Under the pieces are notes generated by a model that was not told the DNA's origin, ran no database searches, and saw only the letters and a list, made by a program, of their open reading frames with translations. From Eledone cirrhosa (Eukaryota): 64,000 nt of DNA. The translations under genes and the position numbers were made by a program. The stretch is from contig OZ024744.1 in NCBI GenBank assembly GCA_964016885.1, forward strand, positions 21,948,001-22,012,000, read 5' to 3'. Positions 44,364 to 57,702 of the stretch are shown one piece after another. The first letter of the stretch is position 1. Every line of letters begins with the position of its first letter.

Positions 44364-44569
44364 AAGTGAGTAGAGTAGCGTGTGTGTGTTTGTTTGTATG
44401 TATGAGTGTTGCTGTGTGCGCGCATATGTATGCGCGTGTGTGTGTCGTACATATAAGTGTCAATAAGTGACATACATACATACATACATACATACATACA
44501 TACATACATACATACATACATACATACATACATACATACATACATACATACATACATACATACATACAT

Positions 44570-45012
44570 AAGGAGAACATTTATGCAGAACTGATGAGAA
44601 ATCTGCAGATACTCCACCCTGATTACACCTTCAGATTTATGCCTGTGATTATTGGGGCACTGGGATATGTTAGTAACTGCCTCAATACCAATCTTGAGAA
44701 GCTAGGCTTCACAGGAACAGAAAGAACACAACTAGTTAGGAAATTACAAGTACAATCCATTAATGGAACGGTAAAAATATGTAAAACATTCCAAAAATGT
44801 TGCTTCTAATAACTACATATACACATGTACAGATGCAAAGCATGTACACATGCACACATACAACTCAAACATACACATCCACACATACAATAACATCCAT
44901 ATCTACACTTGCATGCATACATATCTACCTAGTTGATGTTGTGTAAATTCCAATGAGAGAGTCTTGTGTCTATATTAGAAACCGACTCTCTCTCTATTGG
45001 TAAAACCAGAAG
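44570..45012 (+). mobile_element. R4-clade RLE retrotransposon 3' end in (TACA)n
   Basis: YAELMRNL..MPVIIGALG..KLQVQSINGTVKICK; (TACA)n on both sides. Confidence 0.75.
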
Positions 45013-45084
45013 AACATACATACATACATACATACATACATACATACATACATACATACATACATACATACATACATACATACA

Positions 45085-47835
45085 TACATACATACATACA
45101 TGGTGGCTGCCAACTCGTTTTCGAGTACGGCCACTACTTTATATCCATGTAGGAGAATCCCTACCGATGCGCTGAACGAGTATGACTTTTTAGTCCAGCC
45201 AGCGACTTGAAAACTCTGGTACAAACACTACACTTGTGACAATTATTGACACATTGAGTTGGGCCCATGGTACCATGTGATGACAAGTGCAGAGAGATCT
45301 CCAGATACAAAGCAATGCCTGTGCCGTGAAGCTTTTATAGTGAGCAAAGGCACTGCACAAAGCCAGTCCCACTCTATTAACCAAGATGATATTTACCAAA
45401 AAGAAGAACTAGTCAACATCATTGCATACCATCAGGGTTGCAGGTGTTATATCAGAGTTTTCCTTCTCCTAGAATTCTGCCTTGACAAAGGCTAAGGGGT
45501 CATCTCTCCCGGTGATTTTGGATGGCCATTGACTCTTAAGAGCTCCTTTGCCCTTTGACAGGTTTTGTTTTTAGTCCTGCATGATGTCCAAAGTCACCCT
45601 CCTCACCAAGAAACGTTGGTGGGGTTGCCAGTTTAGTCACCAACGACCCGACCATGAGACAGGTTGTACTGGGATACATGTTACCAGTAGCACCAACTGG
45701 TGACCTGACATAACATACATACATACATACATACATACATACACACTACACTTGGCGTTCCAGCTTGTTACCATGACAACCTTACGGCTCTCTTGTTTTC
45801 TCTCTTCATTTTCATTGTTTGTGTCTTTACTGGTCCTGTGTTCTGTTTCTCCATTGTGATCCTGTCTCTATGTTGTACTCCTGAAGAAGGACTTAAGCCC
45901 GACACGTTGAACTTTCTTTCCTCTTTCCATTATAAAGCGTGAAACTAATAAGACTTTTTCTGCCTCAGTTTGCTGCCTCCTTTAACTATATATATGTATA
46001 TAGTTCTTATGTGCGAGATAATCCGTTGTTGGTTTTCAAGTTGTATTCGTCGATCAACTAAATAATGTGTAGAGAGGATTGAGCATTCGCCGCTGTTAAC
46101 TTTCCAAGTTGTGATGCAATTACGCTGGTATCACGGAGTATCAATATATATAATTGTTTCTACTTTTGGCACCAGGCCAGCAATTATCCCAGTGTATTAA
46201 TGGTACTTTATTTTATCGAATCCGTAAGGTGGAATTTGAACTCAGATCATAAAGGGAGGTAACTCTATGTTTCAAAGCACGCGCCCGACTCTCTACTGCC
46301 AATCCACCGTATCAATATATATAATGAAGTAGTCAGTGTGATGAACCTTACATCATTTATTGATCACTTTATTACTGTTGTATGCATTTCAGTGGTAAGT
46401 ATTATGTACAAGATACAATCAGACAGACAGTTGTTGTGTAATCTTTTGTTCAAAAAGTGAAACCTAGACGGCTGTTCTTTATTTATTTATTTACTATCGT
46501 ATTAAGGTAGAAGAAAGGCAGTAAGTATTCAATATAATACGATATTAATCAATATTAATATACTATATTAATATCGTAAGCTTCATCACACTCACTACTT
46601 AATTTTGGTAGTATCGGTAGAGGGTCGGACGCCATGCTTTCCAGCATAGTTACGTCCCTTTACGGTCTGAGTTCAAATCCCGCCGAAGTTAAATTTGCCT
46701 TTCATCCTTACGGGGTCGATAAAATAAAGTACCAGTAATACACTGGGATAATTGCTGGCCTGGTGCCAAAAGTAGAAACAATTATATATATTGATACTCC
46801 GTGATACCAGCGTAATTGCATCACAACTTGGAAAGTTAACAGCGGCGAATGCTCAATCCTCTCTACACATTATTTAGTTGATCGACGAATACAACTTGAA
46901 AACCAACAACGGATTATCTCGCACATAAGAACTATATACATATATATAGTTAAAGGAGGCAGCAAACTGAGGCAGAAAAAGTCTTATTAGTTTCACGCTT
47001 TATAATGGAAAGAGGAAAGAAAGTTCAACGTGTCGGGCTTAAGTCCTTCTTCAGGAGTACAACATAGAGACAGGATCACAATGGAGAAACAGAACACAGG
47101 ACCAGTAAAGACACAAACAATGAAAATGAAGAGAGAAAACAAGAGAGCCGTTAGGTTGTCATGGTAACAAGCTGGAACGCCAAGTGTGGTATGTATGTAT
47201 GTATGTATGTATGAATGTCAGGTCACCAGTTGGTGCTACTGGTAACATGTATCCCAGTACAACCTGTCTCATGGTCGGGTCGTTGGCGACTAAACTGGCA
47301 ACCCCACCAAGGTTTCTTGGTGGGGAGGGTGACTTTGGACATCATGCAGGACTAAAAACAAAATCTGTCAAAGGAGCTCTTAAGAGTCAATGGCCATCCA
47401 AAATCACCGGGAGAGATGACCCCTTAGCCTTTGTCAAGGCAGAATTCTAGGAGAAGGAAAACTCTGATATAACACCTGCAACTCTGATGGTATCCAATGA
47501 TGTTGACTTGTTCTTCTTTTTGGTAAATATCATCTTGGTTAAGAGAGTGGGACTGGCTTTGTGCAGTGCCTTTGCTCACTATAAAAGCTTCACGGCACAG
47601 GCATTGCTTTATATCTGGAGATCTCTCTGCACTTGTCATCACATGGTACCATGGGCCCAGCACAATGTGTCAATAATTGTCACAAGTGTAGTGTTTGTAC
47701 CAGAGTTTTGAAGTCGCTGGCTGGACTAAAAAGTCACACTCGTTCAGCGCATCGGTAGGGGTTCTCCTACATGGATATAAAGTAGTGGCCGTACTCGAAA
47801 ACGAGTTGGCAGCCACCATGTATGTATGTATGTAT
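45085..47835. repeat. 2.75-kb composite palindrome (arms of about 1.25 kb)
   Basis: 45100-46230 is the reverse complement of about 46705-47820; core 45750-46198 versus 46737-47186 is nearly identical. Confidence 0.92.
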
Positions 47836-48401
47836 GAATATGTATATGTGTGTACATGTATGCATATGTATGTATATGCGCGGGGATAGAAATAATCGGG
47901 CTGGATACACGATGGTGCGGTTAAACCAGTGGGAGTGAAGGACCCTAGCCTTTGTCAGGGCATTTTTCTAGAAGGCGACTCAGGAAACTGGGATAACTCC
48001 GATATAAAACATGTTGCTCTGCATACATCGAGACAGGCAGAAATTTTCGTTTTCATGTAAAGATTTATTTATTTATTAAAGAGACAGAAACTCCTCATCT
48101 CCTTCATAATCACTGCTGTTAATGTTTCATTTAAACTGTTACACGTTCCTTACTTTTGGAAAGAAATGATTTCAGTCCAGAGGATTAAAGATCTGGGCAG
48201 GAAGTGGTGGGGGTAGCTATTAATGCAAGGATCTTATAGGGATAGAAGGGGCTTAGGTACGGACATAACAAGTTTATTGAAAAGAAGAGAAACGAATAAG
48301 TGAGGAGTGTATGCTTTCTGGTGGTATCAGACCCGCAAGATCCATAGGCGGAAGACCAAAATATGCGCGCGCGCGTACATACTCATATAATCGCAGAAGC
48401 A

Positions 48402-48459
<58 letters not shown>

Positions 48460-48664
48460 CACAAACGTATATATATATAAATGTAATCGGAGCTTTTCGG
48501 AGATTTTCGAATCTTTTCGAATATTAATAACATTCGATTCGTTTGAAATTATGCAAACAAGCCGTTTTTAAGCGTGTTGGCATGTTATATATATATATAT
48601 ATATATACATTATGAAGAGAGAAGAAACGTTTAGATATAATTAGTAATAAAACTGCTCCTAGAT

Positions 48665-48754
48665 TCCTCGACTACGTAGTTTCGTGGCATAAACAAAAAC
48701 AATACATCATAAAGATATAGAGTCTTTGCGAGGTCTGCCGACTTATCAAGAGGA
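48665..48754 (-). ncRNA. Hammerhead with U3-A8 core variant
   Basis: tcctc-TTGATAA-gtcggca...tgccac-GAAAC-tacgta-GTC-gagga. Confidence 0.75.
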
Positions 48755-49019
48755 TACCTCGTTTTACTAGCTTCAAGAACGCGTCTACACGACGTGAGAA
48801 AGAATCCCAAAAGGCGGAGGGGGATATAGTCACGCGATATAACGGCCGAGAAACAGAGCTAAGCCTCTTATAACCCCGAATAAAATACCACGAAGGCGGA
48901 GGGGGTATTCATATCGAAGCCGTAGAAGAGGTGGTGAAGGGGGAGAGGAGTATGAGTAATGGCAGCTTTCCAGCAGTCACCACACTTCAAAGATTACTCG
49001 ACCAGAGGGAGTTATGAAC

Positions 49020-49360
49020 AATATATTTAGAAACACACAGATACATGCGGACACACACATATACATGAATGCATCCACATCCAACCGTGAGTTAATTGTG
49101 CCAACCTTACCGATCTTGCTCAATGAATGACTGGGACAGACCAATCCGGTTGAACTAGACTGAACCAGTATCAGTTAAATGTTTCTTCTCTCTTCATAAT
49201 GTATTTTTAACTCTGATACTGGTTCAGTCTAGTTCAACCGGATTGGCCTGTCCCAGTCATTTATTGAGCAACATCGGTAAGGTTGGCACCATTAACTCAC
49301 GGTTGGATGTGGATGCATTCATGTATATGTGTGTGTCCGCATGTATCTGTGTGTTTCTAA

Positions 49361-49367
<7 letters not shown>
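49020..49367. repeat. About 155-bp-arm fold-back at the end of TA-embedded element 48608-49367
   Basis: 49020-49173 is the reverse complement of 49214-49367; the spacer matches the element start 48608-48634 inverted. Confidence 0.9.
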
Positions 49368-49401
<34 letters not shown>

Positions 49402-49465
49402 TTAAAGGTTAAACAATGACTGAATCTTAACCATCTACTATGTCAGGGTATGTCATGCATCATCT

Positions 49466-49532
49466 TATTTTATCTGATGAGGACGTACTGTTGAATTTAA
49501 CTCAGTACCTCTGAAATATGTATAATATAATA
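49466..49532 (+). ncRNA. PLE-type hammerhead
   Basis: tattttat-CTGATGA-ggacgtactg..cagtacctct-GAAAT-atgt-ATA-atataata. Confidence 0.75.
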
Positions 49533-50021
49533 TACTTGATCACAAGAATATCTATTTTGTTAATAATTTGAATTACTATATATACATATATATATATATA
49601 TGTGTGTGTCTGTGTGTATGTATGTAAAAGCTAAACAGAAATAACAACACAATCGGTACAGTATATAGAAGGGATATATTAGGTTAAGGCTTGATATAGC
49701 ATGAAGTGGGTCTTAACGGTTCGGACGCTAGTCCTTCACCAGAAGAAAGAATGAGAAATAAGATGTGTTTTTCGAATATTAATAATTGTTTCTACATTTG
49801 GCACAAGGCCAGCAAATTACCCAGTGTATTACTGGTACTTTATTTTATCGACCCCGTAAGGATGAAAGGCAAAGTTAACCTTGGTGGGATAATAATATTC
49901 GATTCGTTTGTAATTATGCAAACAGGCCTCTTTTAAGCGATGTCAAAAGAATGAGCCCCTCATTCTTGCTCTTGCGCAAGCGTGTTAGTTTTATATATAT
50001 ATATATATACATATATATATT

Positions 50022-50099
<78 letters not shown>

Positions 50100-50230
50100 A
50101 ACGAGTAGGACCTATTACCCACTCTACTACCCTAAGTATTGAGTACTTTGGTGCTTCATGGTCCACCTGGTTCCTTACCACATTTCCTTCTTTATATATA
50201 TATATATAAAAAAAAAAATATAAAACAATA

Positions 50231-51075
50231 AAAATTAGAATTGGAGCTCTGAAATAGCAATATATATATGGATGTATATATAATGTATTTTGCAATACAC
50301 TTTATGCTTAATTAAAAGCATTTTGAAGACCGTAAGCTATTGTTTTAAAGTAGTGACAAATTCACTCACTTTGATCTCAGCAAACAGGGGAGATAAGCTT
50401 TTAATTAAGCATAAAGTGTATTGCAAAATACATTATATATACATCCATATATATATTGCTATTTCAGAGCTCCAATTCTAATTTTAATTTCTGCCTGACC
50501 AACAACCGCTCTGCATAATCAGCTCCTGATTATTTACTAGATTTCTATAAGAATATAACATCATTGATCTCAGTAGAAAGGCGGGGTAGTTGGCCTTGAT
50601 AAGCTTCAACAAAAGCGAAACATGTCATGTCGGCTTATCTCCCCTGTTTGCTGAGATCAAAGTGAGTGAATTTGTCACTACTTTAAAACAATAGCTTACG
50701 GTCTTCAAAATGCTTTTAATTAAGCAGAAAGTGTATTGCAAAATACATTATATATACATCCATATCTATATTGCTATTTCAGAGCTCCAATTCTAATTTT
50801 TAATTTCTGCCTGACCAACAACCGCTCTGCATAATCATCTCCTGATTATTTACTAGATTTCTATAAGAATATAACATCATTGATCTCAGTAGACAGGCGG
50901 GGTAGTTGGCCTTGATAAGATTCAACAAAAGCGAAACATGTCATGTCGGCTTATCTCCCCTGTTTGCTGAGATCAAAGTGAGTGAATTTGTCACTACTTT
51001 AAAACAATAGCTTACGGTCTTCAAAATGCTTTTAATTAAGCATAAAGTGTATTGCAAAATACATTATATATACAT
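50231..51075 (+). mobile_element. Retrozyme-like 316-nt tandem array (about 2.1 units) with a 5' inverted segment; hammerheads at 50593-50634 and 50909-50950
   Basis: gcc-TTGATAA-gctt-caacaa-aagc-GAAAC-atgtcat-GTC-ggc repeated at 316-nt spacing; 50231-50398 is an inverted copy of the unit. Confidence 0.88.
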
Positions 51076-51602
51076 ATATATATATATATATAATAAAATA
51101 TGGAGAAAAATACTGCAGGTAGCGCATGGATAACATGTAATAAAATGAGTCCCTCATCAGTGATTTGCCGACGATCATAGATATTTCATTGCATTAAAAA
51201 TCATATACCTCACGTCGGTGCAATAATAACTAAAATAAGTTATTAGGACAATTAAAACGCGTAAAGCGAGTGAGACAGGAGAACAACAAAGAGTATAGCT
51301 AACCGTAGGGGAATGAAACAAGCTTCATAATTATTCTGTTTAGCGTAAGCTAGGTGAATATATGAGCGCTTTAGAAAAAAGACCTTACACGAACGAGGGC
51401 CATGTGAGAAGAGAGAAAAATATAGTTTTCGTCGTGTACGGGATGAAGTGAAGAGAGGAGAAACAGTGAGTGAGTGAAAGTGTGAGGAAGAGTTAACTGA
51501 CATGACAGAGGGGGCGAAAGAAAGTAGGAGAAACAGAGAGAATGGGGGAGCAGTAAGAGAGAGAGAGAAAAACACAGAATCGCAGTTTGGGTAAATATAT
51601 GT

Positions 51603-51650
<48 letters not shown>

Positions 51651-51881
51651 TTATGATTCTTTTACTGGTTTCAGTAAATTGCATGCGGTCATGCAAGAGC
51701 ACGACCTTCAAGGTAAATTATATCGACCCCAGCACTTGATTTGTTACGCAATTTATCGATCTCTAATCATCGTATGCTCCACTATGATGTTACTTAACTT
51801 AAGTAGGTTACATGCCATCAGCAACATAAATACTTACTAAATAGTATACATATCTATTGCACCGGTTTACACTGACGACTG

Positions 51882-52020
<139 letters not shown>

Positions 52021-52354
52021 TGAACCTGTTTATAGAATTCTTTCTGCCTTTGTTACTCTAAAAATAAAAATAAAAATAAATTATAGCTTTGTAGAATTAG
52101 CTTTTAATGAATTCCCTTTTCTATCAACCAATGACCTACACCCACACCAGTCCCCACCCTCTCCTACCACTTGTAGAGACCTATAAATCCATACTTACTT
52201 TTTGATACCCAGATTCCTGATGATTTCTAAAGAATGAAACAGTTCTAGTCCTGGATAATCTCATCTATATTAAAACTTTTATACTCTGCAATGTATTGAG
52301 TACCTTACTTACTGTGGTTACCTCCGATTCAACCCGGAATAACGTACCTATATT

Positions 52355-52440
<86 letters not shown>

Positions 52441-52444
<4 letters not shown>

Positions 52445-53103
52445 TCCAAAATTAAGATAAATGAATTAAATGAATTTAATCTAAATCGAAATCATGGGTG
52501 TCATGACATAATGCATGCGCCATATATCCTGAGAATTAAGCTCAAAGATAAATACATCTGAGCATATTATAATAACTAGAGATTGATTAACATATAAAAA
52601 TACATGAATAATCACAGGAGATAATTTAAGCTTGCGTGTAACCGCGCATAGCTAGTTTAGGCAATATTTACCTTTAAGAGTGATTAACTTTCCTTGTATA
52701 TATCCCATTAAAGAAATATATTTCACCAATTAATCAGATGGTAAGTCACGGAAAGTGGATATTATTGGATTGTCAACAAGGAAATAGATAATTATCCAGC
52801 TATTTAGCTTACAGAGCGAGATCAAATCTTCAACTATACGTCACCACGTGTTGCGTCCACACAAGATAGCGGTTTCGTTTCAGTGGCGTGAAAAGGTATT
52901 CGACAACTAGAAATAGCAGTCAAAATTCTTCTCAACAGAAATAGCTCTACAATTAAGATAAATGAATTAAATGAATTTAATCTAAATCGATTTAGATTAA
53001 ATTCATTTAATTCATTTAACTTAATTTTGAACTTAGATATATATATACGGCTCCTTAATTGTAGAGCTATTTCTGTTGAGAAGAATTTTGACTGCAATTT
53101 CTA
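52441..53103. repeat. Nested fold-back, hairpin 52908-53103 centred on ..AAATCGATTT..
   Basis: Reverse-complement arms visible; 52450-52489 is directly repeated at 52951-52990. Confidence 0.8.
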
Positions 53104-53224
53104 AGAGAACATTAGTCTACGACCTCTTTTATACCATAAATGTGGTTCTCTCTTTGCGTGTAATTGTTTTTTACCGCTCCTATTAATGACTTATTATATT
53201 CGTTTTTTCCCGTTCTTTGCCGGG

Positions 53225-53385
53225 GAACGTTTCCAAGAACCAAAGTATCGTCTTCCTGTCTTCCTCCGGTTGCAACGTTGTTTTTAAATATCCACTTCTG
53301 CGTTTACAGATTGACTTTGTTAGTTTCAGAAGATCCCGTTAAGGGTGAAAGCAGCGATTCTTTGCTTAAACTTTAATCTGTTATT
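53225..53385 (+). mobile_element. Repeat homologous to 5362-5525 (opposite strand)
   Basis: Shared CCAAAGTATCGTCTTCCTG...GTTTCAGAAGATCCC.TTAAGGGTGAAAGCAGCGATT. Confidence 0.8.
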
Positions 53386-53392
53386 TTAATAA

Positions 53393-53434
<42 letters not shown>

Positions 53435-53435
<1 letters not shown>

Positions 53436-53555
53436 AAGGCGTGTGGCTGAGTGGTTAGAGTATTGGATTCACAATCGTGAGGTTGTGAGTTCGATTCCTG
53501 AACCAGGCGATGCGTTATGTCCTTGAGCAAGACACTTTATTTCACGTTGCTCCTT
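53435..53555 (+). mobile_element. CORE-like tRNA SINE 5' part
   Basis: TGGCTGAGTGG, GAGTTCGATTC, CCTTGAGCAAGACACTT. Confidence 0.8.
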
Positions 53556-53805
53556 CTACCTGGAGTTGCGACCGATAGATAGTATTAGCAATTGGAAAGA
53601 CCAACGGAAACATAGTTTCCTCGGTCCGATTTGACGAAAGTCGATCGACTAGAATATATATATATATATATATATATATAGGAACGAGTTTCGCCGGCTA
53701 ATTCTGTCGGGGTCCTACTCGTTCCTATTACCCACTCTACTACCCTAAGTATTGAGTACTTTGGTGCGTTATGGTCCACCTGGTTCCTTACCACATTTCC
53801 TTCGT

Positions 53806-53841
<36 letters not shown>

Positions 53842-54027
53842 AAGAGAGAAAGAGAGTGATATAGATAGAAAGAGAGAGAGTGAGAGAAAGAGAGAGAGAG
53901 AGAGAGAATCGCCAACATACATGAACACATGTTAGACGGAAACTATGGGGAAGCTCGTCGGATATTGTGTATATATATATATGTGTATATACGTATATAT
54001 ATATATATATATATATGTGTGTATATG

Positions 54028-54058
<31 letters not shown>

Positions 54059-54562
54059 ATACACACATATATATATATATGTGTGTGTGTATGTGTGTGT
54101 GTGTGTGTGTATACACGCACACATATATATATGTATATATATATATATGTGTGTGAAAAACAATGTAAATGTGTGTTTGTTTGTTTTGTGGGGTGAATTA
54201 CGCATATGTATGTTTGCATGCGTGCATGAGTGTGTGTATGTTTATGCCTGTGTGTGTGTCTGTAAGTCTATGTGTTTAAAATATATATTATATATATTTA
54301 TATACAATAGCGTCGTTATAAATGTTGAGTTCAATGAATAGTTCAATATGCCAATCACTGATTCACTGAGTAATCAAATGTGTGTGCTCTATATATTTAT
54401 TTCTTTGGCGTCGTTTCAAGCCAAGTGACGGGCTTACTGCCAGGTCAGGCATCAGCTTGTCATTTATGTAGCAATTTTGATTAACGCCTGTAAGGTCGCT
54501 ACCCCCACTCTCCACCCCCTCCCTTAATTCTCATCAGACTACGAAAACTAACCTATTGATTA

Positions 54563-54687
54563 GTTTAAGTCTTGGACTCAGCTGGGTCCGGCTGATGCTA
54601 GCTAATATTGTCCCATAACCTTTTGATTAGTTTAGGGGATAATATCAGCCAGCAACAGCCGGACCCAGCTGAGACCCGGACTTAAAC
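54563..54687. mobile_element. Small MITE-like hairpin
   Basis: GTTTAAGTC..CTCAGCTGGGTCCGGCTG and CAGCCGGACCCAGCTGAG..GACTTAAAC. Confidence 0.6.
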
Positions 54688-54856
54688 CCCTTTACCCTCT
54701 TATTCACAGCAATATTAGATAACGTTATATCCTATATTGAAATAAGGTTTCTTTAAATCCTTATTTCAATGTAGCGTTCTCTAATGTTCCTTTGAAAATA
54801 GATTAAAGTGATATAAAGAAACATTATTTCAAAACTATACGTAATGTTCCTCACAG

Positions 54857-54971
54857 TCTCTTACATAACCAAGCAGAAAATGGACCTGACTCAGTGATAA
54901 ACAAGATGTGTTCCATCGCCACACCGTGGACACCAGAAACCTCAATAGGGGACACTGGAATTCAAAGGAAT
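54857..54971 (+). CDS. Candidate exon, 115 nt (one open frame LLHNQAENGPDSVINKMCSIATPWTPETSIGDTGIQRN)
   Basis: TTCCTCACAG acceptor and GTAAGT donor. Confidence 0.3.
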
Positions 54972-55130
54972 GTAAGTATATGTGAAGGGGGAAAGTAGCA
55001 AAGTTACAATTTAATAATCGTTCGTAAAACTCTTAATGTTTGGTTATTCAGTTTATGTTTTAATAAAATATTAATAATTATTATAATTAAAACATAATTG
55101 TCAATGCACATTGTTTTCTCAACTTTACAG

Positions 55131-55181
55131 TGAGTTGGGCGTGTGGGCAGTTGATAGAATATATTCTCTAAAACAGGAGAT
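55131..55181 (+). CDS. Candidate exon, 51 nt
   Basis: TTTTCTCAACTTTACAG acceptor, GTAAGC donor; open frame ELGVWAVDRIYSLKQE. Confidence 0.25.
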
Positions 55182-56356
55182 GTAAGCCGGAAAAATGTTT
55201 GAGAAACTAAAGTATACTTATTGGCTTTCGAGAGGCTACGGCCGGCTGTGAAATTACTAGCCGTCGTATAATGAAAGATGTTATACTAAGATAGCAGCTT
55301 TAACTGCCAGTTATATTATGTTGTAATTTATGCACATTTTATAGAGAACCAGTAAACTGATACTGCAGCAAATTCTCTATTTTTAGATAGAAATATTTTG
55401 GGAGTTTTTAATTCTGTAAATTGTAAAGATGCTGTTTCTTACGGATTGAGTCGAGTTGACTCAGTATGCTATGCCAAACATTTATCAGTGATATTTCCGA
55501 TATGCTTTTTAGACAGTGGCTGTTCCTTCCGTATCTAGTTCTCTCACAACTATGTATAGCGCTCCCATCTTCTGTCCAGTTATTTTATATATTGTGGACA
55601 TGTGGGCTATCCATGACAACCTACAGCTTTTGGTTACGCCTGCCTTTTCCATAGAGAGCTTATATATCCTAACCTACAGTAATAAACAATTAATGGCATA
55701 TTTGTATTTTATAAATCGTTCCTTTAAAACTTGGATGTCTCACTCACTAGTGACGGAGTAGAGTTGTCTGCCCGCTGGTGTGATAGCCGCGAGGTGGAGT
55801 GGTTATTACAGCTCGTCTTCCTAACCACCCCCAGGGGAAAATGCACTCGCCATCCTGTCGGCCGGGACCCAAAGGTGGAGGGTAAGTTAGTTGGAGGTTG
55901 AGGATGCTCGTTCGGACGTCATACATTAGCATATACTTCATATGAAAATTGATAGCTTTTTCGTTATGTCTGCAAGTCATCTTGCATTAATTTTACCAGA
56001 ATGACATCTGCTACAAGGTCACATTCGCTTGATGATATAATTGGTGGAGACTGTGTGGAATGATTAGATAAAGAGATATAGACGATGTTCACATACGTTT
56101 AACAGATCTGGCTATGGTAGCTTAAGAAATTCAAGGTAACCACAGAATAAAGCAATAACTTCGAATGAAAGAATATTAAACTCTAATATATGTCATGAAT
56201 ACATTCCGCTCTCGTTTGCATAAACAATCACAGACACATATATATGTGTGAACAGGCATACACACACACACGCGCACACACACGCGCACACACACGCGCA
56301 CACACACGCGCACACACACGCGCACACACACGCGCACGCGCACGCACACGCGCACG

Positions 56357-56448
<92 letters not shown>

Positions 56449-57138
56449 CATATATACGTTGGTAGAAATCCGTAAATGAAAGATCAAAGAAAAAAGACAA
56501 TAGAACAGAACAAATACGAAAAAAAAAGGAAAATATGTTTATTCAAAAATGTAGACCAGCGTTAAATATAGTTTAATATAAATTATGTCAACATCATAAC
56601 ATGCTAACCATCCAAACAGACACATACATACACACACATAACACCTATATTCGAAAATAAAAACCAGAGCTAAATAAACCTTAACATACGTCAATACTCT
56701 AACACCTTAACATGCTAACCATACCCGCCACACACACATAACTCCCTCCCCCATTTCTACTAACGGAATCATTTTCCTACACACACACACACAAATATAT
56801 ATTCTCTCCATCTTAACATGCTAACCATACTCCCACACACAACTCCCTCCCGCATTCTACTAATAGAATTATCTTCCTACACACACACACACACACATCA
56901 GCACACAAATAAAAATATATATCTCTACTTTATTTCAATAGAAAGTCTGAATTTTGACACCTCAGCACATCAGCCATACTCACTGAACCAGAACAATTCC
57001 CCCACCCCCCACCTTTTTCTTGACCATTATCTTTTGTGTGGCACAAAATTCTGTAAATGGCTACAAAGAATTCCCAAATACGGGCGCAAAATGTTATGTA
57101 CTTATTCACGTGACAGCCATAACCAATCAAATTACATT

Positions 57139-57702
57139 TATAGTCTCGATAAAGTTTCAGGGTAGAATATAGTGTAAAGATTAAGCCCATACTTAACGGT
57201 CAATAACCAGCGCCGTTTGGACTCCAGGCCAGCCCGGGGCCCAACGGCGTGTCAGCCGTTCCGAGCATTATCGTCTAGCGAAAGAAATGGAAATTTATTT
57301 TTCCGAGCACTCCAGGAATGTTAACTGTCTCAAGCGTCGGGTGTGTTAGCGGGAAGTCCGCCACCACCGGCTGGCTATCGTATATACCAAACCATTACTA
57401 GTTATTCACACTGGTGGGGGATTTAGTTGAGTGCTACTAGAAGGAGGCATGATAAAGTTAAAAGTTATGATTAAGCCTAGAAATTTAAAGGTACTGTTTG
57501 GCGGTCAATAACCGGTGACGCGGTGGGTTCCAAGTCTGACAGGGCCCCAGGGCGATGCAGCCGTTCCGATAATACTCGCAACGGCTGACACGCCGTTGGG
57601 CCCCGGGCTGGCCGGGGGTCCGCAACGTCGCTGGTTATTGACCGCTAAACATGGGCTTAATCTTTACTCTATATTCTACCTTGAAACTTTATCCAGACTA
57701 TC
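57139..57702. mobile_element. MITE with about 135-bp TIRs and TA flanks
   Basis: TAGTCTCGATAAAGTTTCAGGGTAGAATATAG...CAGCCGTT inverted at 57568-57700. Confidence 0.85.

Noticed and set aside
52700-52895. Possible minus-strand hammerheads (CTGATTA..GAAAT; CTGAAACGAAAC)
   Set aside because: Core incomplete and stems not supportable
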